Position numbers and translations under genes: made by a program. The notes under the pieces are model-generated. The model was not told where the DNA came from, made no database searches, and was given only the letters and a program-made list of their open reading frames with translations. From Ignavibacteriales bacterium (GTDB taxonomy: Bacteria; Bacillota; Clostridia; Acetivibrionales; UBA4821), in NCBI GenBank assembly GCA_050260055.1, contig JBLNBO010000005.1, positions 129,613 through 193,612 of the forward strand: a stretch of 64,000 nucleotides of DNA, in the 5' to 3' direction. This document shows positions 1 through 9,893 of the stretch, piece by piece. Numbering within the stretch: the first letter of the stretch is position 1; each line of letters begins with the position of its first letter.

Positions 1-1
1 T

Positions 2-3000
2 CTAAAACCGGAGAGAGACGGATTATTCTGTGAAAGAATATTTGGACCGCAGAAAGACTGGGAATGTCACTGCGGAAAGTTCAAAAGAGTAAGATACAAA
101 GGTATTGTTTGTGATAGATGCGGAGTTGAGGTTACCCGTTCGAAGGTTCGTAGAGAAAGAATGGGACATATTGAACTGGCAGCACCGGTTTCACATATTT
201 GGTATTTCAAAGGAATCCCTAGCAGAATGGGACTTCTTCTTGATATATCTCCGCGTGCTCTTGAAAAGGTGCTTTACTTTGCCTCATATATCATTATCGA
301 TCCAGGACAGACACCGCTTTCAAAGATGCAGCTTCTTTCAGAAAAGGAATATAGAGACAGCATAGATAAATTTGGTCATAGATTTAGAGCAGGTATGGGC
401 GCAGAAGCTATAAAGGATTTGCTTGCTGAAATTGATCTTAATTCCTTGTCTGATGAATTAAGAGAAGACTTGAAAAATTCGACAGGACAAAAGAAGATAA
501 GAACAATAAAGAGACTTGAGGTTGTTGAAGCTTTTAAAATGTCAGGAAACAGACCAGAATGGATGATTCTTGACGTTGTTCCGGTTATTCCTCCGGAATT
601 AAGACCGATGGTTCAGCTTGATGGTGGAAGATTTGCGACTTCTGACCTAAACGATTTATACAGAAGGGTTATAAATAGAAATAATAGATTGAAGAGACTG
701 CTTGATTTGGGAGCACCTGATATCATTGTTAGAAATGAAAAGAGAATGCTTCAAGAAGCGGTTGATGCTCTTATTGATAATGGAAGAAGAGGAAGACCTG
801 TTACCGGACCTGGAAATAGGCCTTTGAAATCACTTTCTGATATGCTTAAAGGAAAGCAGGGAAGGTTCAGACAGAATCTTCTTGGAAAGCGTGTTGACTA
901 TTCCGGCCGTTCAGTTATCGTTGTTGGGCCTGAATTAAAATTATATCAGTGTGGACTTCCGAAAGAAATGGCATTGGAATTATTTAAGCCATTTGTTATG
1001 AAAAAGCTTGTTAATGATGGTTTAGCTCATAATATTAAAAGTGCAAAGAGAATGGTTGAAAGGGTTAGAAATGAAGTTTGGGACGTTCTTGAGGAAGTAA
1101 TCAAGGAACATCCAGTTCTCTTAAACCGTGCACCTACACTTCATAGACTTGGTATACAAGCATTTGAACCTATACTTGTTGAAGGAAAAGCTTTAAAGCT
1201 TCATCCTCTTGTATGTACAGCTTACAATGCTGACTTTGATGGTGACCAGATGGCTGTTCACGTTCCTCTTTCAGCAGAAGCGCAGACAGAGGCAAGACTT
1301 CTTATGCTTTCTGCAAACAACCTGTTAAAGCCTCAGGACGGAAGACCTGTTGTTGTACCTACTCAAGACATGGTACTTGGAAGTTACTACCTAACAATAG
1401 AAAAAGAAGGAGCAAAAGGTGAAGGTAGTACTTTTGCTAACCCTCAAGAAGCTGAAATGGCTTATTACAATGGATTTATTGAATTACATGCATTGATAAA
1501 TGTCAGAGTTGAAAAAGAAATCAATGGAGAAATCAAAAGAAAAATAATCAAAACTACAGTTGGTAAACTGATATTCAATGCAGCTATACCTCAAGACATA
1601 GGTTTTGTTGATAGAAGTAATCCGGATAAATTTTTTGACATGGAAATAGACTTCCTTGTTGATAGAAAAGCACTTGGCAGGATTGTTGATAAGTGTATAA
1701 GAGTACATGGAGTTACACAGACAGCAATCGTGCTTGATAATATTAAAGCTCTTGGCTTCAAGTACTCAGCAAAAGGAGCAATAACCATAAGCGTATCAGA
1801 TATGGTTATACCTGAAGAAAAAGAAAAGCTGCTTAAAGAAGCAGATGAGAATGTAGAGAAGATTGTTAAACAGTTTAAAAGAGGACTTATATCTGATGAA
1901 GAAAGATATAATTCCGTTATTAACACATGGGCTAATGCCGTTGAAACTGTTACATCAACATTAATGAAGCGCCTTGATAAATTTAATCCGTTGTATATGA
2001 TGGCTCATTCAGGCGCGAGAGGTAATATAAACCAAATAAGACAGCTTGCCGGTATGAGAGGTCTTATGGCAAATACATCTGGTAAAACCATTGAAATACC
2101 AATAAGATCAAATCTTAGAGAAGGACTAAGCGTTTTGGAATACTTTACATCAACCCACGGTTCCAGAAAAGGTCTTGCTGATACAGCTCTAAGAACAGCA
2201 GACTCTGGGTACTTAACCAGAAGGCTTGTTGATGTAAGCCAGGATGTAATTGTAAGAGAAGTTGACTGCCGCACCAAAAAAGGTTTCGTGGTTTCGGATA
2301 TTAAGGATGGTACAGATGTTATTGAACCTGTTAAAGAAAGGTTAATAGGAAGATTCCTGGTTGAAAAAATTGTTAATCAAGAAACAGGCGAAGTAATTGC
2401 CGATACAGATGTTATGATAGATGAAAGCTTGTCTGAAAAAATTGTAGCATCGGGAGTTAAGAAGGTTGGAATAAGATCAGTTCTTACTTGTCAATCGGAA
2501 TATGGAGTTTGCTCAAAGTGCTATGGCGCAAACCTTGCGACAGGCGAATTGGTTAATGTAGGGGAAGCAGTTGGAATTATAGCTGCACAATCAATCGGAG
2601 AACCTGGAACTCAGCTTACTATGAGAACCTTCCATACCGGTGGTGTTGCAGGAGAAGATATAACTCACGGTTTGCCTAGAGTTGAGGAGCTTTTTGAAGC
2701 TCGTAAACCGAAGGGACTTGCAATAATTACAGAAATAAATGGAACAGTAAAAATAAGCGAAACAAAGAAGAAGAGAGAAATTATAGTAACATCAGAAGAT
2801 GGAGATTCAAGGACATATTTAATTCCTTATGGTTCAAGAATCAAGGTTGTTGATGGAGAGGTACTTGAAGCTGGAGACGAAATTACTGAAGGTTCAATAA
2901 ATCCTCATGATATTCTCAAAATAAAAAATGTTAGAGGTGTTCAATCATACCTGATTCAAGAAGTTCAAAAGGTTTATAGAATGCAGGGTGTTGATATCAA

Positions 3001-3391
3001 TGACAAGCATATTGAGGTAATAGTTAGACAGATGCTCAGAAAGGTCAAGGTTGATGAACCTGGAGATACAAGCTTATTACCAGGTGCAATAGTTGATATG
3101 TTTGACTTCGAAGAAGAGAATGCAAGAGTATCAGTTGAAGGTGGAGAGCAAGCAGAAGGAAAGCGTGCACTCTTAGGAATAACAAAGGCATCACTTGCAA
3201 CAGATTCCTTCTTGTCGGCAGCATCATTCCAGGAAACAACCAGAGTTCTAACTGAAGCTGCTATAAAAGGTAAGATTGACCCATTGGTAGGATTAAAGGA
3301 AAACGTTATCATAGGAAAACTTATTCCTGCAGGAACCGGAATGAGCAGATACAAGGATATTAGCATAAGTACAATGAGCGGCGAAGAATAA
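2..3391 (+). CDS. rpoC: DNA-directed RNA polymerase subunit beta' (5' end cut by window edge)
   Basis: Frame is open from nt 2, upstream of the listed ATG at 161 ([29 protein letters not shown] zinc-finger region). Catalytic [12 protein letters not shown] motif and beta'-like sequence over the whole length. Confidence 0.98.
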   Translation, partial: LKPERDGLFCERIFGPQKDWECHCGKFKRVRYKGIVCDRCGVEVTRSKVRRERMGHIELAAPVSHIWYFKGIPSRMGLLLDISPRALEKVLYFASYIIIDPGQTPLSKMQLLSEKEYRDSIDKFGHRFRAGMGAEAIKDLLAEIDLNSLSDELREDLKNSTGQKKIRTIKRLEVVEAFKMSGNRPEWMILDVVPVIPPELRPMVQLDGGRFATSDLNDLYRRVINRNNRLKRLLDLGAPDIIVRNEKRMLQEAVDALIDNGRRGRPVTGPGNRPLKSLSDMLKGKQGRFRQNLLGKRVDYSGRSVIVVGPELKLYQCGLPKEMALELFKPFVMKKLVNDGLAHNIKSAKRMVERVRNEVWDVLEEVIKEHPVLLNRAPTLHRLGIQAFEPILVEGKALKLHPLVCTAYNADFDGDQMAVHVPLSAEAQTEARLLMLSANNLLKPQDGRPVVVPTQDMVLGSYYLTIEKEGAKGEGSTFANPQEAEMAYYNGFIELHALINVRVEKEINGEIKRKIIKTTVGKLIFNAAIPQDIGFVDRSNPDKFFDMEIDFLVDRKALGRIVDKCIRVHGVTQTAIVLDNIKALGFKYSAKGAITISVSDMVIPEEKEKLLKEADENVEKIVKQFKRGLISDEERYNSVINTWANAVETVTSTLMKRLDKFNPLYMMAHSGARGNINQIRQLAGMRGLMANTSGKTIEIPIRSNLREGLSVLEYFTSTHGSRKGLADTALRTADSGYLTRRLVDVSQDVIVREVDCRTKKGFVVSDIKDGTDVIEPVKERLIGRFLVEKIVNQETGEVIADTDVMIDESLSEKIVASGVKKVGIRSVLTCQSEYGVCSKCYGANLATGELVNVGEAVGIIAAQSIGEPGTQLTMRTFHTGGVAGEDITHGLPRVEELFEARKPKGLAIITEINGTVKISETKKKREIIVTSEDGDSRTYLIPYGSRIKVVDGEVLEAGDEITEGSINPHDILKIKNVRGVQSYLIQEVQKVYRMQGVDINDKHIEVIVRQMLRKVKVDEPGDTSLLPGAIVDMFDFEEENARVSVEGGEQAEGKRALLGITKASLATDSFLSAASFQETTRVLTEAAIKGKIDPLVGLKENVIIGKLIPAGTGMSRYKDISISTMSGEE

Positions 3392-3426
3392 TCCACCATA
3401 TAGTTTAAAGAAAAAAACTTATAATT

Positions 3427-3460
3427 GGCCCTCTCTTAAACAGAGAGGGCCTTTGTTCTT
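3427..3460 (+). terminator. Rho-independent terminator after rpoC
   Basis: GGCCCTCTCT-taaac-AGAGAGGGCC, perfect 10-bp stem, followed by TTTGTTCTT. Confidence 0.8.
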
Positions 3461-3526
3461 ATAATTACCAAAGAAGAATAATAAATGTTAAAATATGAGC
3501 ATAAATAGTTTTTTGAAGGTGGTATT

Positions 3527-4825
3527 ATGAACTGTTTAGATAATATCGAAAAGAAGATTAAAAATTTATTGAAAACAATATCCGAAAACGGAGGATGTTT
3601 ATATCTTGTTGGAGGAGCAGTTCGTGATATCATAATGTTCGATTTGGGGGTTATTGAGAAAAGGCCTCAATCAAAGGATTTTGATTTTTGCATTACAGGA
3701 CTTTCCCAGTCCGAATTTGAGAAGATTTTTTCCAATGCAATAATCCAGGGAAAAGATTTCCCTGTGTATATATTTAAAAATTTTCCTGGTTATGAGTTTT
3801 CATTAGCTCGCAAAGAACGTAAGGTAGGAATCGGATATAGAGGGTTTGAAATTCTGACGTCTTCCGATGTTACAATTGAAGATGATTTAATACGCCGAGA
3901 TCTTACAATAAACAGTATTGCATATGATTTTTGTGCTAAAGGAATTGTTGATCCTTTCGGAGGAACTGAAGATATAAGAAATAAGACTTTAAGAGCTGTT
4001 TCTCCTGCGTTTGGAGAAGACCCGTTAAGGGTTTACAGGGTTGCACAGTTTGCATCAAGATTTTCTTTTGATGTTGAATTTAACACCATTCAGATGATGA
4101 AGAGCCTCAAAGGAGAACTTGACGTCATCTCGCCGGAGAGGGTATTCGTTGAAGTGCGAAAAGCAATCAACTCCAAAGAACCATCAAGGTTTTTTAAGAT
4201 TTTAAATCAAGCAAAGGTATTAGAAATCCATTTTCCTGAGATGGCAAAGCTTGCAGGTCAGCCTCTTTTTGAACATAGCCATTTTGCAGGAGATGCATTT
4301 TATCATACCATGAATGTTCTAGACAAAGTATCAGATAAAACAGATAAAGAGGAAATTAGATTTGCTGCATTGGTTCATGATATCGGAAAAGGGGAAACGG
4401 ATTTGTCATTATGGCCAAAGCATATAGGGCATGACAGAATAGGAGCTTATTTAGTCGGAGAAATGGCAAAAAAGCTTACCTACCCGAAGACCTGGATATC
4501 GGCAGGCAAATTAGCTTCAGATGAACATATACACGCCGGTAGATTTAATGAAATGGGGCCTGCAAAAAAGGTTGAGTTTATTGAAAAAGTTGCCGGCTCA
4601 GGACTTGGGTTGAGAGGATTAGAATTTATTGTAAATGCAGATGGCGCGAATGTAGAATTTGCAGATCTAGGAGAAAAAATGATTAAAGAAGTCAATGGAA
4701 AGTCCTTGGGAGTCGAAGAAGGGTTGGAAGCAAGGGAAATAATTCATCGTGCTAGAATTGAATGGTTAAAGAATCAGAAGGCAGGGAAAGAAATTAATAT
4801 AGAGATAAATCTAAACAGAAACTAA
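3527..4825 (+). CDS. class II tRNA nucleotidyltransferase (CCA-adding / poly(A) polymerase family) with C-terminal HD domain
   Basis: LVGGAVRD, DFDF and RRDLTINS head-domain motifs; ERVFVE motif; HD motif ALVHDIGKG; RBS GAAGGTGG upstream. Confidence 0.75.
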   Translation: MNCLDNIEKKIKNLLKTISENGGCLYLVGGAVRDIIMFDLGVIEKRPQSKDFDFCITGLSQSEFEKIFSNAIIQGKDFPVYIFKNFPGYEFSLARKERKVGIGYRGFEILTSSDVTIEDDLIRRDLTINSIAYDFCAKGIVDPFGGTEDIRNKTLRAVSPAFGEDPLRVYRVAQFASRFSFDVEFNTIQMMKSLKGELDVISPERVFVEVRKAINSKEPSRFFKILNQAKVLEIHFPEMAKLAGQPLFEHSHFAGDAFYHTMNVLDKVSDKTDKEEIRFAALVHDIGKGETDLSLWPKHIGHDRIGAYLVGEMAKKLTYPKTWISAGKLASDEHIHAGRFNEMGPAKKVEFIEKVAGSGLGLRGLEFIVNADGANVEFADLGEKMIKEVNGKSLGVEEGLEAREIIHRARIEWLKNQKAGKEINIEINLNRN

Positions 4826-4942
4826 ATTGCATATTAACTAAAAGATTATCAATGGTTCCAAATACCATTTCCGATAAATATTGACATATATTTCAATAAA
4901 CCATAAAATTTGTTATGTAGAAATTATTATGCGGAGGTAGGA

Positions 4943-6802
4943 ATGAGGCAAATATTTGATAATCTTAAACTTAAAATTCATAGAAACCGAACAAGCTTGA
5001 GTATAATATTAGTTTATGAGGCAGTAACAATTATTATTGCTATACTATTTCAACGAATTTTTCCAACTCTGCTGAATTTTCCTCCCGGGTCCATTAATAC
5101 AAAATTTGATGTTGAAGTTTCATATATTTCAAGTAATGATCAATATATTGGTGTAGTTAGTGTGATTATAATCCTAAGCTTTTTTCTTTTAAGAAGACAA
5201 TTAAAAGGTATTGACACATGGAAAGAGTTAATGGAAGAGGAAGAAACTGAAGAAAATAGAAAAAGGCTTGAAGAAATAAGGCATAAATGTTTATATTTGC
5301 CTTATATAATATACATCTCGGGACTTATAATACCAACTTTTGCAGTTGTGTTTATATTATCAATAACAGGAAGCCATTTATTCATTGCAATTCTAAAGAT
5401 GGCAATATTAATTTTTGCTGTATCAACTCTGGCAATAGTTATTGCAACAATATTTGCAAAGAGAATGTTTACTAAAGTTTTACTTTGTACATATCGGGAG
5501 GGATTGCCAAAAGGGGCAAGAATCAGTCTTAGAACCAAAGTGTTTTTGCAGATTATTCCTATTATGCTGGTGTCAATAGTCTTTACGTCATTAATTGGAT
5601 ATTCGAGAATAATAACTGAAAAGGGAGACATTTTATTCGAATATTATGAACTACAGTTAAAAAACGTTTTTAAAAGCTATGACAAACCTGTGGATGCTGG
5701 AGCTTTAAAGAAGGCGCTGAAGCAAATAAAACCAATGAATCAAAAAGATTGCACTTTTATTATTCCGCCTGGAGGACAAATAGAAACTTCAAATAACTCC
5801 AAGGTAAGCAGTTTCTTCATGAAATACCTGAATGAACTTTCAGACCAATATGGAGGAAGGGTATATGAAGTATATGTTGTAGACACGCAGGCGTCAACAT
5901 TAAAGATTATTGACGGTGATAAGAAATGGATAGTAGGAGTAAAATACGAGGTCGGATCTGCTAAAACGCTTCGCTTTTTCCTAATAGGATTAGTAGTACT
6001 TTTTTCTGTATGCTTCTTTGTAGTATATTATTTAATCAAAACATTGACCGATGACATAAAAATTATAGCGGAAAGCCTTGCAGGATTAGCTGAAGGCAAT
6101 ATTGTAAATCTTGAAAAGCAGATACCCATCACCTCTAACGATGAAATAGGGGATTTGGTTGAGGCTTTTAACGATATTCAGAAAATTGAGAAGCAGAGTA
6201 TGGAAATATTAAAAGAAAATGAGAAAAGACTAATTGAAATGGCAGAGATGGATGGCCTTACAGGAGCATATAACAGGAGATTTTTTGACCAATATTATGA
6301 GCTGGAAGTAAAAAGAGCACAAAATCAAATCAGGTATAAACCGGAACAAGGAAAACATATGAATTTTGGCCTTGCCATGCTAGATATAGATAATTTCAAG
6401 AAGGTAAACGATACATATGGTCATTTGGCAGGAGATAATATTCTAAAACAACTGGTTGAAACCATTAAGGAAGTTTCCTTCACCAAAGATATCATATGTA
6501 GGTATGGGGGCGAAGAGTTTATAGTCCTTTTCACTAGAACTGATACTCAAGGGGCTGTTATAGCATCAGAAAAGATACGGCAGGAAATAGAAGCAAAAAA
6601 ATTCTTTTTTGATGAGGATTACCCGAATGGGCGTATAACCGTAAGTATAGGGGTAGCAGTATTTGATGATGATTTTACAAAATATAATAAAGATATTCTC
6701 CGCGTAGCCGATGAAAGGCTGCTGCTGGCTAAGAAGTTAGGCAAAAACAGGGTTGTATCCATAAGCCCGGCAATGGAAGAGATTAATAGTTTTCCTTTAT
6801 AA
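4943..6802 (+). CDS. membrane-bound diguanylate cyclase (multi-TM sensor, HAMP, GGDEF)
   Basis: GGEEF active-site motif (RYGGEEFIVLF), HAMP-like segment (DEIGDLVEAFNDIQ) and several hydrophobic helices. ATG at 4943 follows GGAGG; the listed TTG at 4910 is less likely. Confidence 0.85.
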   Translation: MRQIFDNLKLKIHRNRTSLSIILVYEAVTIIIAILFQRIFPTLLNFPPGSINTKFDVEVSYISSNDQYIGVVSVIIILSFFLLRRQLKGIDTWKELMEEEETEENRKRLEEIRHKCLYLPYIIYISGLIIPTFAVVFILSITGSHLFIAILKMAILIFAVSTLAIVIATIFAKRMFTKVLLCTYREGLPKGARISLRTKVFLQIIPIMLVSIVFTSLIGYSRIITEKGDILFEYYELQLKNVFKSYDKPVDAGALKKALKQIKPMNQKDCTFIIPPGGQIETSNNSKVSSFFMKYLNELSDQYGGRVYEVYVVDTQASTLKIIDGDKKWIVGVKYEVGSAKTLRFFLIGLVVLFSVCFFVVYYLIKTLTDDIKIIAESLAGLAEGNIVNLEKQIPITSNDEIGDLVEAFNDIQKIEKQSMEILKENEKRLIEMAEMDGLTGAYNRRFFDQYYELEVKRAQNQIRYKPEQGKHMNFGLAMLDIDNFKKVNDTYGHLAGDNILKQLVETIKEVSFTKDIICRYGGEEFIVLFTRTDTQGAVIASEKIRQEIEAKKFFFDEDYPNGRITVSIGVAVFDDDFTKYNKDILRVADERLLLAKKLGKNRVVSISPAMEEINSFPL

Positions 6803-6864
6803 ATAAATACAATTGAATAATAAGTTTATAAAAGATAATAAAGATTAAAATTTTAACATTTTTA

Positions 6865-6892
6865 TTGATAAGGTCATATTATGTGTTATAAT
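6865..6892 (+). promoter_or_regulatory. sigma-A-type promoter (TTGATA, 16 nt, TGtTATAAT)
   Basis: -35 TTGATA at 6865-6870, 16-nt spacer, extended -10 TGT-TATAAT at 6884-6892. Confidence 0.5.
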
Positions 6893-6898
6893 TAAATA

Positions 6899-6950
6899 GA
6901 ACAAAGACGTTCTTCGGCATTTATGATGTTGAGAGAGCGTCTATTTTTTT
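6899..6950 (+). promoter_or_regulatory. leader hairpin plus intrinsic terminator (possible ANTAR-type attenuator)
   Basis: GAAC-AAAGAC-GTTC hairpin (hexaloop with A1/G4) at 6899-6912 overlaps the 5' arm of a 10-bp stem (AGACGTTCTT / GAGAGCGTCT, two G-U pairs). The stem is followed by a run of seven T at 6944-6950. Confidence 0.4.
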
Positions 6951-6959
6951 ATAACTTAT

Positions 6960-7121
6960 GCAGAAGAAGAACCTACTGCTGCAACATATGATAATGCAGG
7001 ATATTTTGACCTTGGAGAACATCTTTTTGACAAGTATGTTGAAGCCAAGAAACTCGAATGGGAAGATTATTCTGTAAAAGTGCACGAGTGGGAGCCGGAC
7101 AAATACCTTGACAGATTTTAG
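6960..7121 (+). pseudogene. glnA: glutamine synthetase type I, C-terminal relic only
   Basis: Translation ..YFDLGEHLFDKYVEAKKLEWEDYSVKVHEWEPDKYLDRF* matches my recollection of the GlnA C-terminus of Firmicutes (B. subtilis-type [36 protein letters not shown]). No start codon and none of the ~400 upstream residues; in-frame TGA at 6930. Confidence 0.65.
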
Positions 7122-7196
7122 ATAATAATTCATAATCTTTGCAATAAATATTATCTCGGTACTCTGCTTATAAAACTTTCGAAAGGCAGCAGAATA

Positions 7197-7775
7197 ATGA
7201 ATATTGTTAGGGTCTTAGTTGCTTTAGCAGCTGGTGAACCCCAACTGCTAAAGCTTAGGAATATGCTCACAGAGCATGGATACGATGTAGTATCAATAGC
7301 TAGAGATGGTCATGAATGTATTAGAAAGGCAAGGATGCATAGACCGGATATAGCCTTGATTGATTATGACCTTATTCAATATACAGGCTGCGAGGTTGCT
7401 AAAATATTATCAGACGATGAGATTTGCAGTGTTATTCTTTTGCTGAATGAAACACAAAAATCTTTGATAAATGAGAATGCTGGTGAGTGGAATCTTGCCT
7501 ATCTTCTAAAACCTATAAATATTTCTGGGCTTATAAGCACAATTGAGTTGACCTTAAAGAGCAATAAAAAGATTAAGAGCCTTGAAAAAGAGGTGCAAGG
7601 TTTAAAGGATATAATTGAAACAAGAAAGATAATTGAAAAAGCAAAAAGGATATTGATGAAAAAGTTTAACATAAGTGAAGATGAAGCTTTCAGAAAGATA
7701 CAAAAGCAAAGCATGGATAAAAGGCTTCAGATGATTGATATAGCAAAATCTATAATAGTTTTATATGATATTTAA
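7197..7775 (+). CDS. ANTAR-domain RNA-binding antiterminator with atypical receiver domain
   Basis: C-terminal ANTAR signature (IIEKAKRILMKKFNISEDEAFRKIQKQSMDKRLQMIDIAKSII); N-terminal CheY-like fold with Asp in ALIDYDL and LKP. Confidence 0.85.
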   Translation: MNIVRVLVALAAGEPQLLKLRNMLTEHGYDVVSIARDGHECIRKARMHRPDIALIDYDLIQYTGCEVAKILSDDEICSVILLLNETQKSLINENAGEWNLAYLLKPINISGLISTIELTLKSNKKIKSLEKEVQGLKDIIETRKIIEKAKRILMKKFNISEDEAFRKIQKQSMDKRLQMIDIAKSIIVLYDI

Positions 7776-7789
7776 AAGAATAGGATAAT

Positions 7790-7859
7790 TATGCAGTGAA
7801 GCATAAAAGCAATGGGGCTTAAAACGGCAATAACCGTTTTAAGCCCCATCGTTGTTTTT
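7790..7859 (+). promoter_or_regulatory. ANTAR target RNA: two hexaloop hairpins overlapping an intrinsic terminator, upstream of amtB
   Basis: P1 TATGC-AGTGAA-GCATA (7790-7805) and P2 AAGC-AATGGG-GCTT (7807-7820); both loops have A at position 1 and G at position 4. P2 overlaps a perfect 16-bp terminator stem ATGGGGCTTAAAACGG/CCGTTTTAAGCCCCAT (7812-7849) followed by CGTTGTTTTT. Confidence 0.75.
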
Positions 7860-7984
7860 AGGAATCTTAACAGAGTTTGATAAAAATTGTTTTCTATTTC
7901 TATTCAACTAAAATGATTCAGAATTTATACAGATTTTAAAAATTTTGAATTGTTGATTATAAATTAACTTAAGGAGGAATTAAT

Positions 7985-9325
7985 ATGAAAAAGGTTTTTA
8001 TGCTCTTGACCCTAATGGTAGTATTAATGATGTTTTTTCAAGCCGCAGCCTTTGCAGAAGGAGCAGCTAGCATTGATACGGGGGATACGACATTTGTCTT
8101 GATAAGCTCTGCTTTGGTATTTCTAATGACACCAGGATTAGCCTTGTTCTACGGAGGGATGGTAAGAAAGAAAAATGTTCTAAATGCAATTATTAACGTG
8201 TTTTTTATTATAGGGTTAGTATCTGTATTATGGGTATTAATAGGTTACTCATTGTCATTTGGCCCAGACAAAAATGGCTTGATAGGAAGTTTTCAGTGGG
8301 CTGGATTTAAAGGAGTCGGTGCAGAACCAAATGCAGCTTATGCTGCTACAATTCCTCATTCAGCCTTTGCAGTATTTCAACTAATGTTTGCTATAATCAC
8401 TGTTGCCATTATTACAGGTGCATTTGCAGAAAGAATAAAATTTTCTGTTCTTGTAATGTTCTCAACCCTATGGATATTGCTTGTATATTCTCCTCTTGCA
8501 CATTGGGTATGGGGAATCGGGGGATGGCTGAGAAACTTGGGAGCACTTGATTTTGCGGGTGGAACTGTGGTTCATATAAGTTCCGGCATTGCAGGATTAA
8601 CTGCGGCTATAATAATCGGTAAAAGAAAGGGGTATGGTACTACTCCTATGCTCCCTCATAACATACCTTTTGTTGTTATTGGGGCAGCAATGCTCTGGTT
8701 TGGCTGGTTCGGATTTAATGCAGGGAGTGCCTTGTCAGCAAACGGCCTTGCGGTAAATGCTTTTCTTACTACCAATACCGCAGCCGCTGCAGCAATGCTG
8801 TCATGGATGACCTTGGAATGGATATTTCATAGAAGACCTACTACCCTTGGAGCGGCAACAGGCGGCGTTGTGGGGTTGGTTGCAATAACTCCAGGGGCAG
8901 GTTTTGTAGATGTAATGTCTGCAATAATTATTGGTTTAATAGCTGCACCGCTTTCATATTTTGCTATTAGTGTTGCAAAAAGAAAGATTGGTTATGATGA
9001 TTCGCTTGACGCTTTTGGATGTCATGGTGTCGGGGGAACCTGGGGTGCGATTGCTACTGGACTTTTTGCATCAAAAAGTATAAATCCTGCGGGGGCCAAC
9101 GGCTTGTTTTTTGGCAATACTTCACAGTTAGGAATACAACTTATAAGTGTGGGAGCTACAATAGTTTTTTCAGCGGTAATGACATTAATAATTCTCGAGG
9201 GAATCAAATTATTTACAAGCCTGCGGGTGGATGAAAAATATGAATCGAATGGCCTTGATATTGAACAGCATGGTGAGGATGCGTATGGTGCAATTTATTC
9301 CGAGGAGAGAATTATAGCCGGATAA
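7985..9325 (+). CDS. amtB: ammonium transporter
   Basis: Amt-family sequence (signal peptide, FVFLMTPGLALFYGG, DFAGGTVVHISSG, WFGWFGFNAGS); RBS AAGGAGG. Confidence 0.95.
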   Translation: MKKVFMLLTLMVVLMMFFQAAAFAEGAASIDTGDTTFVLISSALVFLMTPGLALFYGGMVRKKNVLNAIINVFFIIGLVSVLWVLIGYSLSFGPDKNGLIGSFQWAGFKGVGAEPNAAYAATIPHSAFAVFQLMFAIITVAIITGAFAERIKFSVLVMFSTLWILLVYSPLAHWVWGIGGWLRNLGALDFAGGTVVHISSGIAGLTAAIIIGKRKGYGTTPMLPHNIPFVVIGAAMLWFGWFGFNAGSALSANGLAVNAFLTTNTAAAAAMLSWMTLEWIFHRRPTTLGAATGGVVGLVAITPGAGFVDVMSAIIIGLIAAPLSYFAISVAKRKIGYDDSLDAFGCHGVGGTWGAIATGLFASKSINPAGANGLFFGNTSQLGIQLISVGATIVFSAVMTLIILEGIKLFTSLRVDEKYESNGLDIEQHGEDAYGAIYSEERIIAG

Positions 9326-9438
9326 CAAATGATAAGCTATAATGCTTTCTAAAAATTGTGATAATATTAGATACTTATCGCAAATGCAGGTGGGATTTTA
9401 ACTTTATACTATCAACTAATATAAAGGAGGGATTTTGA

Positions 9439-9777
9439 ATGAAAAAAGTTGAAGCGATTGTTAGGCCTTCTAAACTGGAAGATATCAAAGATGCATTGAA
9501 TAAATATGGAATCCATGGCATGACTGTAACACCTGTCACTGGATGTGGTTTTCAGAAAGGGTATAAAGAAGTATTTAGAGGAACAGAATATACAATTAAT
9601 TTGATACAAAAAGTAAAAATAGAGATAGTCCTAAAAGATGAAAGTTTAGATAATGTAATACAAATATTATTAGAAGCTGGTAGAACCGGGGAAATTGGAG
9701 ATGGCAAAATATTTATTTGCGATATCGAGGATGCAATAACTATTAGAACAGGTGAAAGAGGAGAAAATGAAGTATAA
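9439..9777 (+). CDS. glnK: nitrogen regulatory protein P-II
   Basis: 112 aa, MKKVEAIVRPSKLEDIKDAL.., T-loop RGTEY; sits directly downstream of amtB. Confidence 0.93.
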   Translation: MKKVEAIVRPSKLEDIKDALNKYGIHGMTVTPVTGCGFQKGYKEVFRGTEYTINLIQKVKIEIVLKDESLDNVIQILLEAGRTGEIGDGKIFICDIEDAITIRTGERGENEV

Positions 9778-9778
9778 A

Positions 9779-9804
9779 AGAGGGCCGAATTCGACCCTCT
9801 TTTT
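9779..9804 (+). terminator. Rho-independent terminator after glnK
   Basis: AGAGGG-ccgaattcga-CCCTCT followed by TTTT. Confidence 0.7.
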
Positions 9805-9864
9805 ATGCAGCTATATTTTCTTAAGCTAAATATCCATAATTGTATTAATTTCCACGTCTAATTC

Positions 9865-9893
9865 TTGACATAAATTTAATCTGATGGTAAACT
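9865..9893 (+). promoter_or_regulatory. sigma-A-type promoter for the L7Ae-rpsL-rpsG-fusA cluster
   Basis: TTGACA (9865-9870), 17-nt spacer, TGg-TAAACT extended -10 (9885-9893). Confidence 0.5.

Noticed and set aside
105-365. 86-aa plus-strand ORF
   Set aside because: An alternative frame inside rpoC, whose true frame is open from nt 2.
6921-7133. 70-aa minus-strand ORF
   Set aside because: The opposite strand carries the recognisable GlnA C-terminal relic. The minus-strand ORF has no RBS and odd composition.
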